Below are positions 1-9,810 of a DNA stretch of 64,000 bases, one piece after another (position 1 is the first letter of the stretch; each line of letters starts with the position of its first letter). The stretch lies in IMG/VR virus record IMGVR_UViG_3300022072_000005; one strand, given 5' to 3'. Origin of the DNA: an uncultured virus (IMG/VR IMGVR_UViG_3300022072_000005) (lineage: Duplodnaviria > Heunggongvirae > Uroviricota > Caudoviricetes). Under the pieces are notes generated by a model. The model made no database searches and was not told where the DNA came from. It saw only the letters and a list, made by a program, of their open reading frames with translations. The position numbers were made by a program, and so were the translations under genes.

Positions 1-2535
1 AAAAACCTTTAAAGGTTGTTTAAAATCAACTAAAACCTTACCACCACTAACATTAGAAGATTTATTAACTTCAACTACATTATTACTTTTTTCCTTTTTT
101 TGTGAAGCATTTAATAGCTCTTTAGAATAAGCAGAATTAGAGTTTTTACCTGGTTTAACATCACTATATTGATTTGAATTATCTTCAATAGAACCAATTT
201 TTTTAGTATTATTTAATAATTCTTTAGAATAATCAAAATTTGAGTTATCACCTAATCTAGCTTCTTTATTTAAAAGCTTATCAATAGGACCATCTTTTTT
301 AGCACCAACCAATGTATCATTTGAACTAAATGGTATTGCACTCTCACCTGGTCTACTAATAAAATCTTGTTGTGTTGTTGTTCTCTTAAGACCTTCTTCA
401 GCTTCACCAAATTCTTTATATGCCCCATATAAACCACCTAATAAAGCACCTACACCAGCACCAATAGGACCAAACATCATTCCTAATCCAGCACCTTGTA
501 AAGCCATACTTCCAACTCCTAAAGCTTTACCAGCACCACTCTTTGGGTCATCCATTTTACTTCTACCGTAATCTAACCCCATTCCAGCAACACCTAAACC
601 GATTCCAGCACCAACCGCTCTTGTAGTCCCCATAGCGTATTTACCACCCATAAAACCTTTACCTTTCATTTTATCCATACGACTCATTGGCGTTAAAGGT
701 TTTTCCTGTGGACCAAAAGGTGGTTTCACTTTTCCAGCATCTTTACCACTACCAAACATATCACCCATAGGTCCCCCTAAATTAAACCCTGTTCTTAATA
801 GTCTACCATTAGCTATCCACATAGCTGCTTTACCAACTAAATACCCAGCACCTAAAGTTAGAGCACTTGTAATTGGGTTATTAGCTATAAATTTAACAAT
901 AGTACCAGCTAATTCACCAACCCATTTACCAAAATCAACTAACTTATCAGTGATTCCACTTTCAATAGCCCATTTATGGAAGTCCCCTATACTATTTTCT
1001 AAAGCATTTGCAAATGCTTCAAAGCCTGGTAATAATACAGACCTAAACATATTTTCTAAACCTTCCCATCTTTCAGCAAAGGTCATCGATTGTTCAGCAT
1101 TTTTCTTAAGGGTTTGTTGATATTCCATTTGAGATTTAACAATTTCAGGAGTTATCTTTTTAAGTGCATTAACACTTTCTTCAACCATTTCATCACCTAC
1201 TCGCATTTTAACCTTAAATTCCTTATCATCTTCATCCCAATTAGCTAAACCTGATAAAAATGTTTTATCGTCTTTATCAAAAATACTTGACATACCACCC
1301 TCTATTTTAGCGAATTTAGCGGCCATTTTAGCAGATTGAGCTAAACTTTCAAATTCTAATCCAGTGGCGTTTGCAACTTCCCTTAACCTATGCAACTCCA
1401 TTGGGTCGATAGAAACCTCACCTGTGACATCGTTAAATTTTGCAGTTTGTTTAGTAGCATTAATAATATCTTCGGTTAAACCAGCCATATCATTTCTACT
1501 TCTATACATTAATTCAAAGGGGTCCCCTAGTTGAGCCCAAGCACCACCTAAAACTTGTAATTTAGCCGCAGCTTCTACAGCACCTTCAGGTGTGATAAGA
1601 TTTTCAGCGAAATTAGCAATAGAACTCATTTCAAACTTAAATTTAGTAGCTAATGCCGCCATTTTTGTTAAACCCTTAACACCACCTTTAAAATTGTATT
1701 TGTGAAGTAATTTAATGTTCTTCTGAACATTTTTAATTACTTTACCACTACTAACACCCATTTTATGTGAAGTATGTAACATATCTTCAACTAAATCAGC
1801 ACTACCTTTAGCGGAAATATTAAAACTATCCATTTCCGCTGCAAATTCAGCAGCACCTTCAACACCTAAAACAGTACCTTTAGCCAATTCACCCATAGCA
1901 ATTAATTGCTCTTCAGATAATTGAACACCCCTACCTATATTATCACTATATCTACCTTGAATTTTAGCCAAATCAGCAGTACCAACACCAATAGCTGTTG
2001 TAGTAATAGAAGATTTATAAATGTTATTTCTAAAACCATTAGCTTGGTTAGAAAGAACTCCCATTGAAAGTTCGGTTTCTTTAACAGCTTTTTGTTGGTC
2101 TAATAAATAACCACTTTGTTTAACAAGTTTCTTACCTAAATTACCAACTTGTTTACCAACGTCTTTGAATGTAACCGCTAATAATTTAACTTCTTTAACA
2201 GCATCTTCATGAATATTTAACCTTTTTTGAGCTTTAATAATATCCTCATCAAGAAGTTCAATCTCAGTTTTTTTATGAGTAATTAAACGTTCTTTTTTAT
2301 CAATTTCGCCTTGACTAACCTTACTACCCTTGGCTTTCATCGCAAGTAAAATTGCCTCCTGTTTTTCTAATTTTTCATTTAAAGCAGTACGTTTCCCTGT
2401 AATAAAATTTATATTAGATTGTAATTCTTTAGTTTCGTTTAAAAGTTTATTGTAATCACTTAAACTTTTAGAAGCTTCACGAATTAATTTAACTTTCTCA
2501 ACATGTGCATTAATGTCATCGTCTTTCTTAGCCAT
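1..2535 (-). CDS. tail tape measure protein (partial, runs off left edge)
   Basis: Not in the ORF track. ATG at 2535 (MAKKDDDINAHVEKVKLIRE...) overlaps the stop of the upstream gene; the segments I translated at both ends are open in the same frame. Long helical/coiled-coil Ala/Gly/Lys-rich protein with a glycine-zipper hydrophobic segment (GAGLGMMFGPIGAGVGALLGGLYGAY), downstream of tube and chaperone genes. Confidence 0.8.
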   Translation of the reverse strand, partial: MAKKDDDINAHVEKVKLIREASKSLSDYNKLLNETKELQSNINFITGKRTALNEKLEKQEAILLAMKAKGSKVSQGEIDKKERLITHKKTEIELLDEDIIKAQKRLNIHEDAVKEVKLLAVTFKDVGKQVGNLGKKLVKQSGYLLDQQKAVKETELSMGVLSNQANGFRNNIYKSSITTTAIGVGTADLAKIQGRYSDNIGRGVQLSEEQLIAMGELAKGTVLGVEGAAEFAAEMDSFNISAKGSADLVEDMLHTSHKMGVSSGKVIKNVQKNIKLLHKYNFKGGVKGLTKMAALATKFKFEMSSIANFAENLITPEGAVEAAAKLQVLGGAWAQLGDPFELMYRSRNDMAGLTEDIINATKQTAKFNDVTGEVSIDPMELHRLREVANATGLEFESLAQSAKMAAKFAKIEGGMSSIFDKDDKTFLSGLANWDEDDKEFKVKMRVGDEMVEESVNALKKITPEIVKSQMEYQQTLKKNAEQSMTFAERWEGLENMFRSVLLPGFEAFANALENSIGDFHKWAIESGITDKLVDFGKWVGELAGTIVKFIANNPITSALTLGAGYLVGKAAMWIANGRLLRTGFNLGGPMGDMFGSGKDAGKVKPPFGPQEKPLTPMSRMDKMKGKGFMGGKYAMGTTRAVGAGIGLGVAGMGLDYGRSKMDDPKSGAGKALGVGSMALQGAGLGMMFGPIGAGVGALLGGLYGAYKEFGEAEEGLKRTTTQQDFISRPGESAIPFSSNDTLVGAKKDGPIDKLLNKEARLGDNSNFDYSKELLNNTKKIGSIEDNSNQYSDVKPGKNSNSAYSKELLNASQKKEKSNNVVEVNKSSNVSGGKVLVDFKQPLKVF

Positions 2536-3733
2536 TCTTTACTATTTTTATCGCACCTTTACCATATAGTTTACAACTAAGGTCTTTATTACAAAAATTT
2601 ATTTTTACATTATAAATTGATGGTTCTAACTCTTTTAATATTTCTAATTCCCAATGACCTTGTTTTTTAGTGCCAATTTTAATTATATTACCTTTTTGAA
2701 TTTTACCAGTGTATAATTTATTATTTTTAATTAATTTATGTGAAGCGTTAACAATAACACTATTCGTTAATAATTTAAATCTAACGTCATTTCCTTTAGT
2801 TAAGTAAGAGTCGCTGGTTGATTTCTGATTTAAAATTTTATTAATTTGATTAACACCTTTAGGGGATGCGTTTGTTAATGTATCCCAAAAACTTGGTGTT
2901 TTTTCAATAGCCTGTAAGAATTCAGGGCTAACTTCAATCTTATCAATTAACTCTTTTTTAGTGAGTTCTCTTTCTTCATCACTTTCTAAATCTTCATCAC
3001 CTTTATGAACTTCAATTGCTATTATATTATTTATTGGTAATAATTTATTATTTGAATACAGATTCAATACTAAATCATTATTTTTAAATTTAACTAAATC
3101 ATTAAAATCTAAATAAATGTTACGATTTCTAAAAATATTAGCTAATTTATCCATTCTACCACTATTAGCATTACCACTTTCACTTTCAGTTTCAATATCT
3201 TCTAACGTACAAGTCAACCGTTTAGGTTCAACCCCAACAACCTTCAATAAGATAGTATTCACTAAAACCACATTTTTACCTTTATTTTCTTCCGATGAAA
3301 TATAAATAACATCACCTTCCCCTGTAGTCTTTAATTCAGAGTTCATATCATCTATTCTTTGAACATTTTCTGGGTCATGTACATCAATTACTTCAATATC
3401 ACCACCACTTTTACCAGTTAAAAATTCTTTTACAGATAATTTCTCTTCTTTACCTTCAAATTTAGAGCTTTTTTTATCACTATCATATTCATGTAAAGTG
3501 AGTATACTATCTACCATAGCATCTTTAGTAAAAGTATACCAGATTTCACTTTGTTTATCCACCATAACAATCCTACCAGCTAAATTTTCAACTATCTCAA
3601 ATGCCCTTTCAGACCCATCCTTTAAAACAAGTCTAACCATATTGCCATCAGCCATTGATGAAAAACTATCCTTTAACTGAGCTTCAATCAATAATGAATT
3701 GAGAATACTAAAAGCTTTCGTTATATCAACCAT
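2528..3733 (-). CDS. hypothetical late protein (401 aa)
   Basis: Long ORF with TATTTAT motif upstream; N-terminus ends in L-I-E; no recognisable family. Confidence 0.6.
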   Translation of the reverse strand: MVDITKAFSILNSLLIEAQLKDSFSSMADGNMVRLVLKDGSERAFEIVENLAGRIVMVDKQSEIWYTFTKDAMVDSILTLHEYDSDKKSSKFEGKEEKLSVKEFLTGKSGGDIEVIDVHDPENVQRIDDMNSELKTTGEGDVIYISSEENKGKNVVLVNTILLKVVGVEPKRLTCTLEDIETESESGNANSGRMDKLANIFRNRNIYLDFNDLVKFKNNDLVLNLYSNNKLLPINNIIAIEVHKGDEDLESDEERELTKKELIDKIEVSPEFLQAIEKTPSFWDTLTNASPKGVNQINKILNQKSTSDSYLTKGNDVRFKLLTNSVIVNASHKLIKNNKLYTGKIQKGNIIKIGTKKQGHWELEILKELEPSIYNVKINFCNKDLSCKLYGKGAIKIVKNG

Positions 3734-3768
3734 AATAAATTCTTTTTATATAAATATCTAATAATAAT

Positions 3769-3795
3769 AAAACCCCTAAAATTTAGGGGTTTTTT
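3769..3795 (-). terminator. intrinsic terminator hairpin (bidirectional shape)
   Basis: AAAACCCCTAAA-A-TTTAGGGGTTTT inverted repeat directly after the stop at 3796. Confidence 0.75.
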
Positions 3796-4068
3796 CTATC
3801 TTGGTGTAAATGTCCTTGTTTGGCTATTTTTACCTGTTTTAACTACTTTAGCACCAGAAGATTGTTTTTCTTCTGAATCTAAGTGTTCGTTTTGTAATGT
3901 AATAATAAAGAACCTTCTTTCGTAAGTCGGCATTTTCATTACATCGTCATAAGAAAACCCTAAATGCTTTTTACAAATATAGATTTCCTCAAGTAAATGA
4001 CGTTTATACTCCAAGTTCAGGCCAAAAAAATGATAGGTTAAGGGGAAGAAACGTGTCGATTGACCCAC
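3796..4068 (-). CDS. gp51-like / tail-chaperone extension ORF, probably expressed by frameshift from the upstream gene
   Basis: HLGFSYDDVMKMPTYERRFF resembles the short ORFs that follow T4 gp26-type and G-type chaperones. Overlaps the upstream gene by 65 nt and has only GTG/TTG starts before the conserved part. Confidence 0.65.
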   Translation of the reverse strand: MGQSTRFFPLTYHFFGLNLEYKRHLLEEIYICKKHLGFSYDDVMKMPTYERRFFIITLQNEHLDSEEKQSSGAKVVKTGKNSQTRTFTPR

Positions 4069-5116
4069 CCCCAGGAGTCTGAACAGTGATATTCATATCA
4101 ATGCCAGATTCAATTTCATTAACTTTTTTTCTAAAAGTCCTAACGTCACCAATTCTCATTTTCTTATCAATGAAATCACTAACGATTTCTTTATCATAAT
4201 TACCATCAATTGCAATAATTTGCCTTTTCAAAGTATATGTTGATGCATCATTAAATTCGGGGCCAGATTCTTCAGTCATTTTTTCAATATGCTCTTCAAT
4301 CTCATCAACATCACCAACATTTAATAATCTATAAGTAACTGTACTTTGACTAATAGGTAATTTATATGTAAAGTGACCATCTTCATTAGGTTTTTCAGTT
4401 AAATACTTAATACCCAATTTAGACAAATCTATTTCAGCATCAAATTGTTTATACTCATTTTCAGGGTCTGATAATTTAATATTGTACATTGCACCATAAC
4501 CAGTAGCACGTAACCAAATCATGATTGCATTCCTGTCTCCAACATGTAAATCTTTATATTTAATTGAAGAATCTAACATTTTTCTATTAATTAGAATTTC
4601 TAAAAATTTTCCTGACTTTAAAAGGTTTGGGTTTGTGATGATATTCTCATCCATAGCGTTTAAATAAGCTACTTTTAATGAACTTTTACAGTTTTTGTAT
4701 AATAACCCTTCACTTGGCAATTTTATTAGGTCAAACGGTACGTTTTCTTGTGGTCTACTTAATTCGGCATATTTATCCTCATCAGGTAACTCAAAATTTT
4801 TGTGTGATTTAACTTCGGGTTGTGAATAAGTGATTTTAGCTTTACTTTCATCGATAAAATCCGATTCAATACCTTGAGACTCTGCTTTTTTCTTAGCAAC
4901 TAATTCGTCTCTTAATCTTAGCTGTTCAGATAACTTATCAAGACTATCTTTAGTCATTTGGGCTTGAGCATCTAACTCACCATTAGGTTTATTCTTTTCG
5001 ATAACACCTATTTCATTACTGGCTTGGGCAGCAATTTTAGTGCCCGTTTCGTTAGCCTCTTTCATAGCGTCAGACATTTTATCTGATGCTGGAAATACTT
5101 GTGGTTTATTTTCCAT
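4004..5116 (-). CDS. T4 gp26-like baseplate hub / tail assembly chaperone
   Basis: Motifs LIKLPSEG..Y, DENII, LHVGDRNAIMIWLRATGYG and C-terminal LSFFWP; located between tube and tape measure genes. Confidence 0.7.
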   Translation of the reverse strand: MENKPQVFPASDKMSDAMKEANETGTKIAAQASNEIGVIEKNKPNGELDAQAQMTKDSLDKLSEQLRLRDELVAKKKAESQGIESDFIDESKAKITYSQPEVKSHKNFELPDEDKYAELSRPQENVPFDLIKLPSEGLLYKNCKSSLKVAYLNAMDENIITNPNLLKSGKFLEILINRKMLDSSIKYKDLHVGDRNAIMIWLRATGYGAMYNIKLSDPENEYKQFDAEIDLSKLGIKYLTEKPNEDGHFTYKLPISQSTVTYRLLNVGDVDEIEEHIEKMTEESGPEFNDASTYTLKRQIIAIDGNYDKEIVSDFIDKKMRIGDVRTFRKKVNEIESGIDMNITVQTPGGGSIDTFLPLNLSFFWPELGV

Positions 5117-5177
5117 TTTAAAAAACTTGTTTAAATATATTATATACTATAAATACTTAAAGTAAAGTTTTTTTTTA

Positions 5178-5459
5178 CTAATCTAATTCCATATCGGTGA
5201 TTCTTTCACCATCTTCATCAGAAAACCATTGACTACTTTCAACATCAGTTGGTTCTGGTTGATTTAATAGACACCCACAATCTTCTTCAATTTCTTCAGT
5301 TTCCTCAATAGTTTCCATATCATCACCTAAAAACATCGCTTCATCAATATCTTCTTCATTGGCATACTTCCCATCCCAACTAAATGCACTTTCATTACAT
5401 CTTTGTTCAAAAAGCATATTAGCTTTTTTCATTGCAATTTTTTTATCTTGTCTTCTCAT
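5178..5459 (-). CDS. small acidic protein with MRRQDKK leader
   Basis: ORF track; N-terminus shared with two neighbouring genes. Confidence 0.7.
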   Translation of the reverse strand: MRRQDKKIAMKKANMLFEQRCNESAFSWDGKYANEEDIDEAMFLGDDMETIEETEEIEEDCGCLLNQPEPTDVESSQWFSDEDGERITDMELD

Positions 5460-5910
5460 TGTTTTTTACTTTATCATAAGCTTCAAACCCATAATGGTCA
5501 TCAACAAAAGTTTTGATATCATTATCATTATATTCTAACGCTTCCCCATTTTCAATAGCTTCTTCTGGTGAATAATCTGCTAAATAACCACCATGTTTTG
5601 ATGTGATACTATGTAAGTGTTTTGCTTTTTCTAAATCACTGTATAATATATAGGCATCACCATAAATACCATTACCATCTCGCTTAACAACCATCAAATC
5701 AACACTACTATTATCTTTAATGTATTTATTGAACCATTTTTCAATAAATGGGCCAAGAAGAAATGCCACATTTCTATCCCCTTTTAAAACGGACATCATG
5801 GCACCCCAATCAGTGTGAGCGTCACTAGCACTAATTGTTTCATTTAAATATCTTTGTTCAAAAAGAAGGTTTACCTTCTTCATGTGTATTTTTTTATCGT
5901 ACCTTCTCAT
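5443..5910 (-). CDS. hypothetical protein with MRRYDKK leader
   Basis: ORF track; shared leader ending LFEQRYLNE. Confidence 0.7.
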   Translation of the reverse strand: MRRYDKKIHMKKVNLLFEQRYLNETISASDAHTDWGAMMSVLKGDRNVAFLLGPFIEKWFNKYIKDNSSVDLMVVKRDGNGIYGDAYILYSDLEKAKHLHSITSKHGGYLADYSPEEAIENGEALEYNDNDIKTFVDDHYGFEAYDKVKNNEKTR

Positions 5911-6062
5911 TATTTTAACATTCTAGATAATTCAGGAAATATGTCTGGAACATATGTATACTCTATTTTTTTCTCCTGAATCGTTGGGTCTTCGGCATTA
6001 ACCCTTTCTTGAAAACGCTTATTAGCTTCCACCATAGCCGTTTTTTTATCTTGTCTTCTCAT
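5910..6062 (-). CDS. 50-aa protein with MRRQDKK leader (not in ORF track)
   Basis: Translates MRRQDKKTAMVEANKRFQERVNAEDPTIQEKKIEYTYVPDIFPELSRMLK*; TAATG overlap with the next gene. Confidence 0.7.
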   Translation of the reverse strand: MRRQDKKTAMVEANKRFQERVNAEDPTIQEKKIEYTYVPDIFPELSRMLK

Positions 6063-6067
6063 AACTT

Positions 6068-6412
6068 TTATAAATATTTAACCCATGCCCAGAATTTTCT
6101 AGTTTTAAGATAATCTGGGTTTCCTTCATTTGTTTTAGCCTCTCTTTCAAAAGAAAGGTTTTGATATGCTTTAGTACCAAATATAAATAATTTAATAAAC
6201 CACTCTAATGTATAAAAAACATAAAATGGTATTACCAACATTTCAATTTGTTGTTTTATATGAATACTTTCATGTCTAATTATATTTTTTGGGTTATTTT
6301 TATACTTCTCACGTAAGATTATAAATGGGAATAATGTAATTCCACCTATTGACATAAAAATGCTAAGGTTTTTTAAAAAGTTGTCGTTGTATTTAATTAT
6401 TGGTATCTTCAT
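6068..6412 (-). CDS. small membrane protein with HExxH motif (putative zinc metallopeptidase)
   Basis: GITLFPFI..., IIRHESIHIKQQ, hydrophobic segment, AYQNLSFEREA. Confidence 0.6.
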   Translation of the reverse strand: MKIPIIKYNDNFLKNLSIFMSIGGITLFPFIILREKYKNNPKNIIRHESIHIKQQIEMLVIPFYVFYTLEWFIKLFIFGTKAYQNLSFEREAKTNEGNPDYLKTRKFWAWVKYL

Positions 6413-6434
6413 AATTATAAATAGTTTATTAAAT

Positions 6435-6472
6435 AAAAAAAACCACTTTAGTAGCGAAACTTAAGTGGTTTT
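6435..6472 (-). terminator. terminator hairpin, last stem of a three-hairpin element
   Basis: Minus strand AAAACCACTT...AAGTGGTTTTTTTT. Confidence 0.65.
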
Positions 6473-6506
6473 AATAGCCGTTAGACTATAATCGGTCCTA
6501 AACCGT

Positions 6507-6656
6507 TTATTTTAATTTTTCTTGTTCTTCAATTTCTTGATTATCAATATCTTCATATATATCTTTTAAAGTTTCACCTCTAGTGACCCTTTTATAAATT
6601 ATAACCCCAAGTACTAGTGCTATACATGCTATTCCTAAAATATTTTGTATCTCCAT
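6507..6656 (-). CDS. 49-aa single-pass membrane protein (not in ORF track)
   Basis: MEIQNILGIACIALVLGVIIYKRVTRGETLKDIYEDIDNQEIEEQEKLK*: N-terminal TM helix with acidic tail. Confidence 0.6.
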   Translation of the reverse strand: MEIQNILGIACIALVLGVIIYKRVTRGETLKDIYEDIDNQEIEEQEKLK

Positions 6657-6683
6657 TTATCTTTATTTAATTTTTATAATTAT

Positions 6684-7172
6684 TTAGAATAATAAAATTG
6701 CTCTATCAAATCTTAATGTTGCGTTAACTTCAGCTATCCCATCATCTTCCATTGATAAATCACCAAATCCAACGTTGGTTAACATAGTCCCTTGTAATTG
6801 CCATTTCTCAACAACAACTCCAGTTGGGTCTAACATTTCTATTTCAACATCTTTTTTATATCCAGCAGCATAACCTTGTCTACCTGTTACAGATTCAGAT
6901 TGTAATCTAACCCATTCCATAATAGCTTGAGATGTAGATGGTCCAATAGCGTCTCTAAACACTACTTCAATAGTTTCCCATGTAAATCTACCAATAACCC
7001 ACGTTGATGTGTTTAAGAATGGTATTTCAACTTCGCCTTGCGTAATTGAAGGACGTGATGCGCTAGATAACCACCATTGTTGAATACCTAATTCAGCTGG
7101 AAATCTCATTAACCATCTATTCTTTTTCTTTGGCTCATAAGGTACTGGCATTTTCATTAGTAAATCACTCAT
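6684..7172 (-). CDS. tail tube protein (T4 gp19-like)
   Basis: YEPKKKNRW, GRFTWETIEVVFRD, YKKDVEIEMLDPTG..EKWQLQG, LRFD; directly follows the sheath gene. Confidence 0.9.
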   Translation of the reverse strand: MSDLLMKMPVPYEPKKKNRWLMRFPAELGIQQWWLSSASRPSITQGEVEIPFLNTSTWVIGRFTWETIEVVFRDAIGPSTSQAIMEWVRLQSESVTGRQGYAAGYKKDVEIEMLDPTGVVVEKWQLQGTMLTNVGFGDLSMEDDGIAEVNATLRFDRAILLF

Positions 7173-7213
7173 AATATTTTTGTTTTAATTTTTAAATTGT
7201 TTATTTAATAATA

Positions 7214-7249
7214 AATATGTAAGGAAAGATTTATTTTCCCTTACATATT
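7214..7249 (-). terminator. hairpin between sheath and tube genes, abutting a TATTTAT motif
   Basis: AATATGTAAGG...CCTTACATATT inverted repeat. Confidence 0.45.
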
Positions 7250-7258
7250 ATATTTTTT

Positions 7259-9664
7259 TTATACGTCTTCAAAAGAAGCACCAGTATTCATTACAACAAA
7301 TTCAACAGTTATGAACTCTAAAGCTCTAGTTGGTTTGATGAAAATTCTACCATTTAACTCACCTCTATCAATTGATTCTGGTGAAGTATCAACTTCCACA
7401 CGGAAATCTGTAAGACCTCTTTCACTTCTAATGTTTTCAAGAATTGGGTTAACCAATGACTTGAATTGATTTCTTACTACCTCATCATTTTGTTCAAATA
7501 ATAATCTTATTGATACAGCAGAAATTAATTTTCTAGCTTGTAATAATAATCTTCTAACGTTAAGTCTGTTTAATGCAGTTTCTTTAACTTGTAAGTTTTT
7601 ATTACCAAATATAATTAAACCTTCAGAAGCAAACGTTGCGATTGGGTTAATTCTACCCTCATACAATGTATCTCTTTCATCTAAAGTTAATTTTTTTCTT
7701 GCTTTGATACCACTTACAACACCTCTTTGAACACCCGCCACAGCAAACCATGGGAATGATACATTATCAGTTAATGCAATGTTTCTAACAACATCTCTAG
7801 TTGGTGGTAAGTAAACTAATACTTCATTATCACTATCTTTTACTTGTATCCAAGGCCAGTATGTTGCAGTATAGTTACTATCTATTCCTGTGTTATCTAA
7901 TCTATTAACTAAATCATCAACCTCAATCACCGCTTCATTTTCATAATCTGGTGTTGTTGCAATATATATTGAATCACATCTTTTTTCTTCTACCATTTCA
8001 ATAGTAGCGTCAACTAAATTTGTATTATTTAAAGTATCAATACCTGGTGTTGCTAATACATTAATGTTAATTGCTTCAGGGTTATTGAAAGTGTTAATTG
8101 CTTCAAAATAAGCATAGTAATCAGAAGTAGTTCCTTCGTCACCAGTACTTGTTATTTTTATATCAATCGCACCACTAGATTCAGCTAAATCACTTTTAGT
8201 TTGACCTTTAGCGTAAGTGTCGGTATTAGTTCTACCATCTCTATATATATCCCATCCATCAAAACCACCGTAAGGTGCCATCGTGAATTTTCTTGAATAA
8301 ATTTTATTATAAGTAGTGCCAGTTAAATCTAAATCATCGTCAGTTTTAAATGGATAAAGACCAGCGTCTAATATAGAACCATTGACTGTCAATCCACTCG
8401 CATCGATATCCATATGGAATCCATTAGTCATACCACTTGTTACCGTAATATCAGTACCTAAGTAGTTAAAGAAATTTTGGTCAATACCTACAGTATCAGA
8501 TAAACCTAAATAGATTTTTCTAATTTTAGAGTAAGGTAAGTATTCGGTATTATAGTTAATTGAAGGTGCTAATTCACCACCACTGTAAACCCTTGCAGGT
8601 AAACCTGTGAAACCAGCTGGAAATGAAGTTGATGTATCTTCATCAATATCCAATTCAAGTAATACGTAATTTGAATTAGATGCGTAAAAACCATCTAACG
8701 TACCGATTCTTCTACCAATAAAATTATCAGAAGTTGGGTCCATAGTACATCTAGAATATCTTTCTAATGTAATTGGATTTGCGTCAGTATCGTAAAATGC
8801 TCTAACTCTAACATCGAATTCTCTAGCGTCAGGTTTAATATTTTCGATAGAAATTTTAACTTCTGAATTTGCAGAAGTACCATCAGAAATTGTAATTAAT
8901 CTAAATAATTTTTTAATAACCTCACCATTAACCTCTGAGATAACCCATGGTGTAACAGCTGGTAAATATTCAGTTTTGTAATCAGAAAATGTAGTTCCAT
9001 TATCAACCAAAGTTGTACTTAATCCAGTTATTTCTACATTAGTGATTAATTCTTCTAACATATTAGAATAAATTTCTTCAACATAAATAGGGGCTTGACC
9101 AACATCAGCTTTAGTTCCTAATACTCTAGTAATGAAACTTTTCTTTGTAGAATCAAGTGAAACTGTATAAGAAAACCCAGAACCACTAAGAGTGAAATCT
9201 GCTTTAGCGTCAGTTGTTGAACCAGTTAAAGTTGGGTCAATTGATAAATCACTTGTACCCCAAATTAGGTTTTCAGAAGCGTCATAAGAAGCTCTACTTC
9301 TTAAAAGTGCTATTACTTGGTTATTATCGGCTGTTATAGCCCAAGATTGTCCAGCATCATATCCTGAAAAACCTAAAACTCTTGTTACATAAAGTTGATT
9401 TGATTTTGTAAAATATGATTTTGCTATATATGGCAATTCATATTTTGGGTAACCAGTGTCGGTAACTTTTGTTGCGTTTAACCCACCAAAGAATGATTTG
9501 AACTCGTTAAAGTCAGAAACAAATATTGGTTGGAAAGCTGGACCTTTTGTGGTCTCACCAACTAACCCCAATGTTGTTACACCAACTTGACGTGTTACGA
9601 ATGATAAATCTTTTTCTGAAGTATAAACTCCTGGGCTTACGAATACTCTATTGTTAGAACTCAT
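7259..9664 (-). CDS. contractile tail sheath protein (T4 gp18-like)
   Basis: N-terminal FVSPGVYTSEKDLS and GETTKGPAFQP; C-terminal PWFAVAGVQRG, RDTLYEGRINPI, LNRLNVRRLL, IFIKPTRALEFI. Confidence 0.95.
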   Translation of the reverse strand: MSSNNRVFVSPGVYTSEKDLSFVTRQVGVTTLGLVGETTKGPAFQPIFVSDFNEFKSFFGGLNATKVTDTGYPKYELPYIAKSYFTKSNQLYVTRVLGFSGYDAGQSWAITADNNQVIALLRSRASYDASENLIWGTSDLSIDPTLTGSTTDAKADFTLSGSGFSYTVSLDSTKKSFITRVLGTKADVGQAPIYVEEIYSNMLEELITNVEITGLSTTLVDNGTTFSDYKTEYLPAVTPWVISEVNGEVIKKLFRLITISDGTSANSEVKISIENIKPDAREFDVRVRAFYDTDANPITLERYSRCTMDPTSDNFIGRRIGTLDGFYASNSNYVLLELDIDEDTSTSFPAGFTGLPARVYSGGELAPSINYNTEYLPYSKIRKIYLGLSDTVGIDQNFFNYLGTDITVTSGMTNGFHMDIDASGLTVNGSILDAGLYPFKTDDDLDLTGTTYNKIYSRKFTMAPYGGFDGWDIYRDGRTNTDTYAKGQTKSDLAESSGAIDIKITSTGDEGTTSDYYAYFEAINTFNNPEAININVLATPGIDTLNNTNLVDATIEMVEEKRCDSIYIATTPDYENEAVIEVDDLVNRLDNTGIDSNYTATYWPWIQVKDSDNEVLVYLPPTRDVVRNIALTDNVSFPWFAVAGVQRGVVSGIKARKKLTLDERDTLYEGRINPIATFASEGLIIFGNKNLQVKETALNRLNVRRLLLQARKLISAVSIRLLFEQNDEVVRNQFKSLVNPILENIRSERGLTDFRVEVDTSPESIDRGELNGRIFIKPTRALEFITVEFVVMNTGASFEDV

Positions 9665-9736
9665 TTAAATTATTTTTATTTTTTTTGTTGTAATTACTTA
9701 TTTCTAAATAAATATGTAATTTTTTACCAAAAGTTT

Positions 9737-9793
9737 TTATGATGTATGTAATACATCATAATTAGTAGGTTTTTTGTCATACTTTTGTCATAC
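9737..9793. promoter_or_regulatory. operator-like array: 11-bp inverted repeat plus 11-bp direct repeat
   Basis: TTATGATGTAT-gta-ATACATCATAA (9737-9761) and TTTTGTCATAC x2 (9772-9793); shared TCATA core. Confidence 0.6.
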
Positions 9794-9810
9794 TTATATA
9801 GAAAAGCCTT

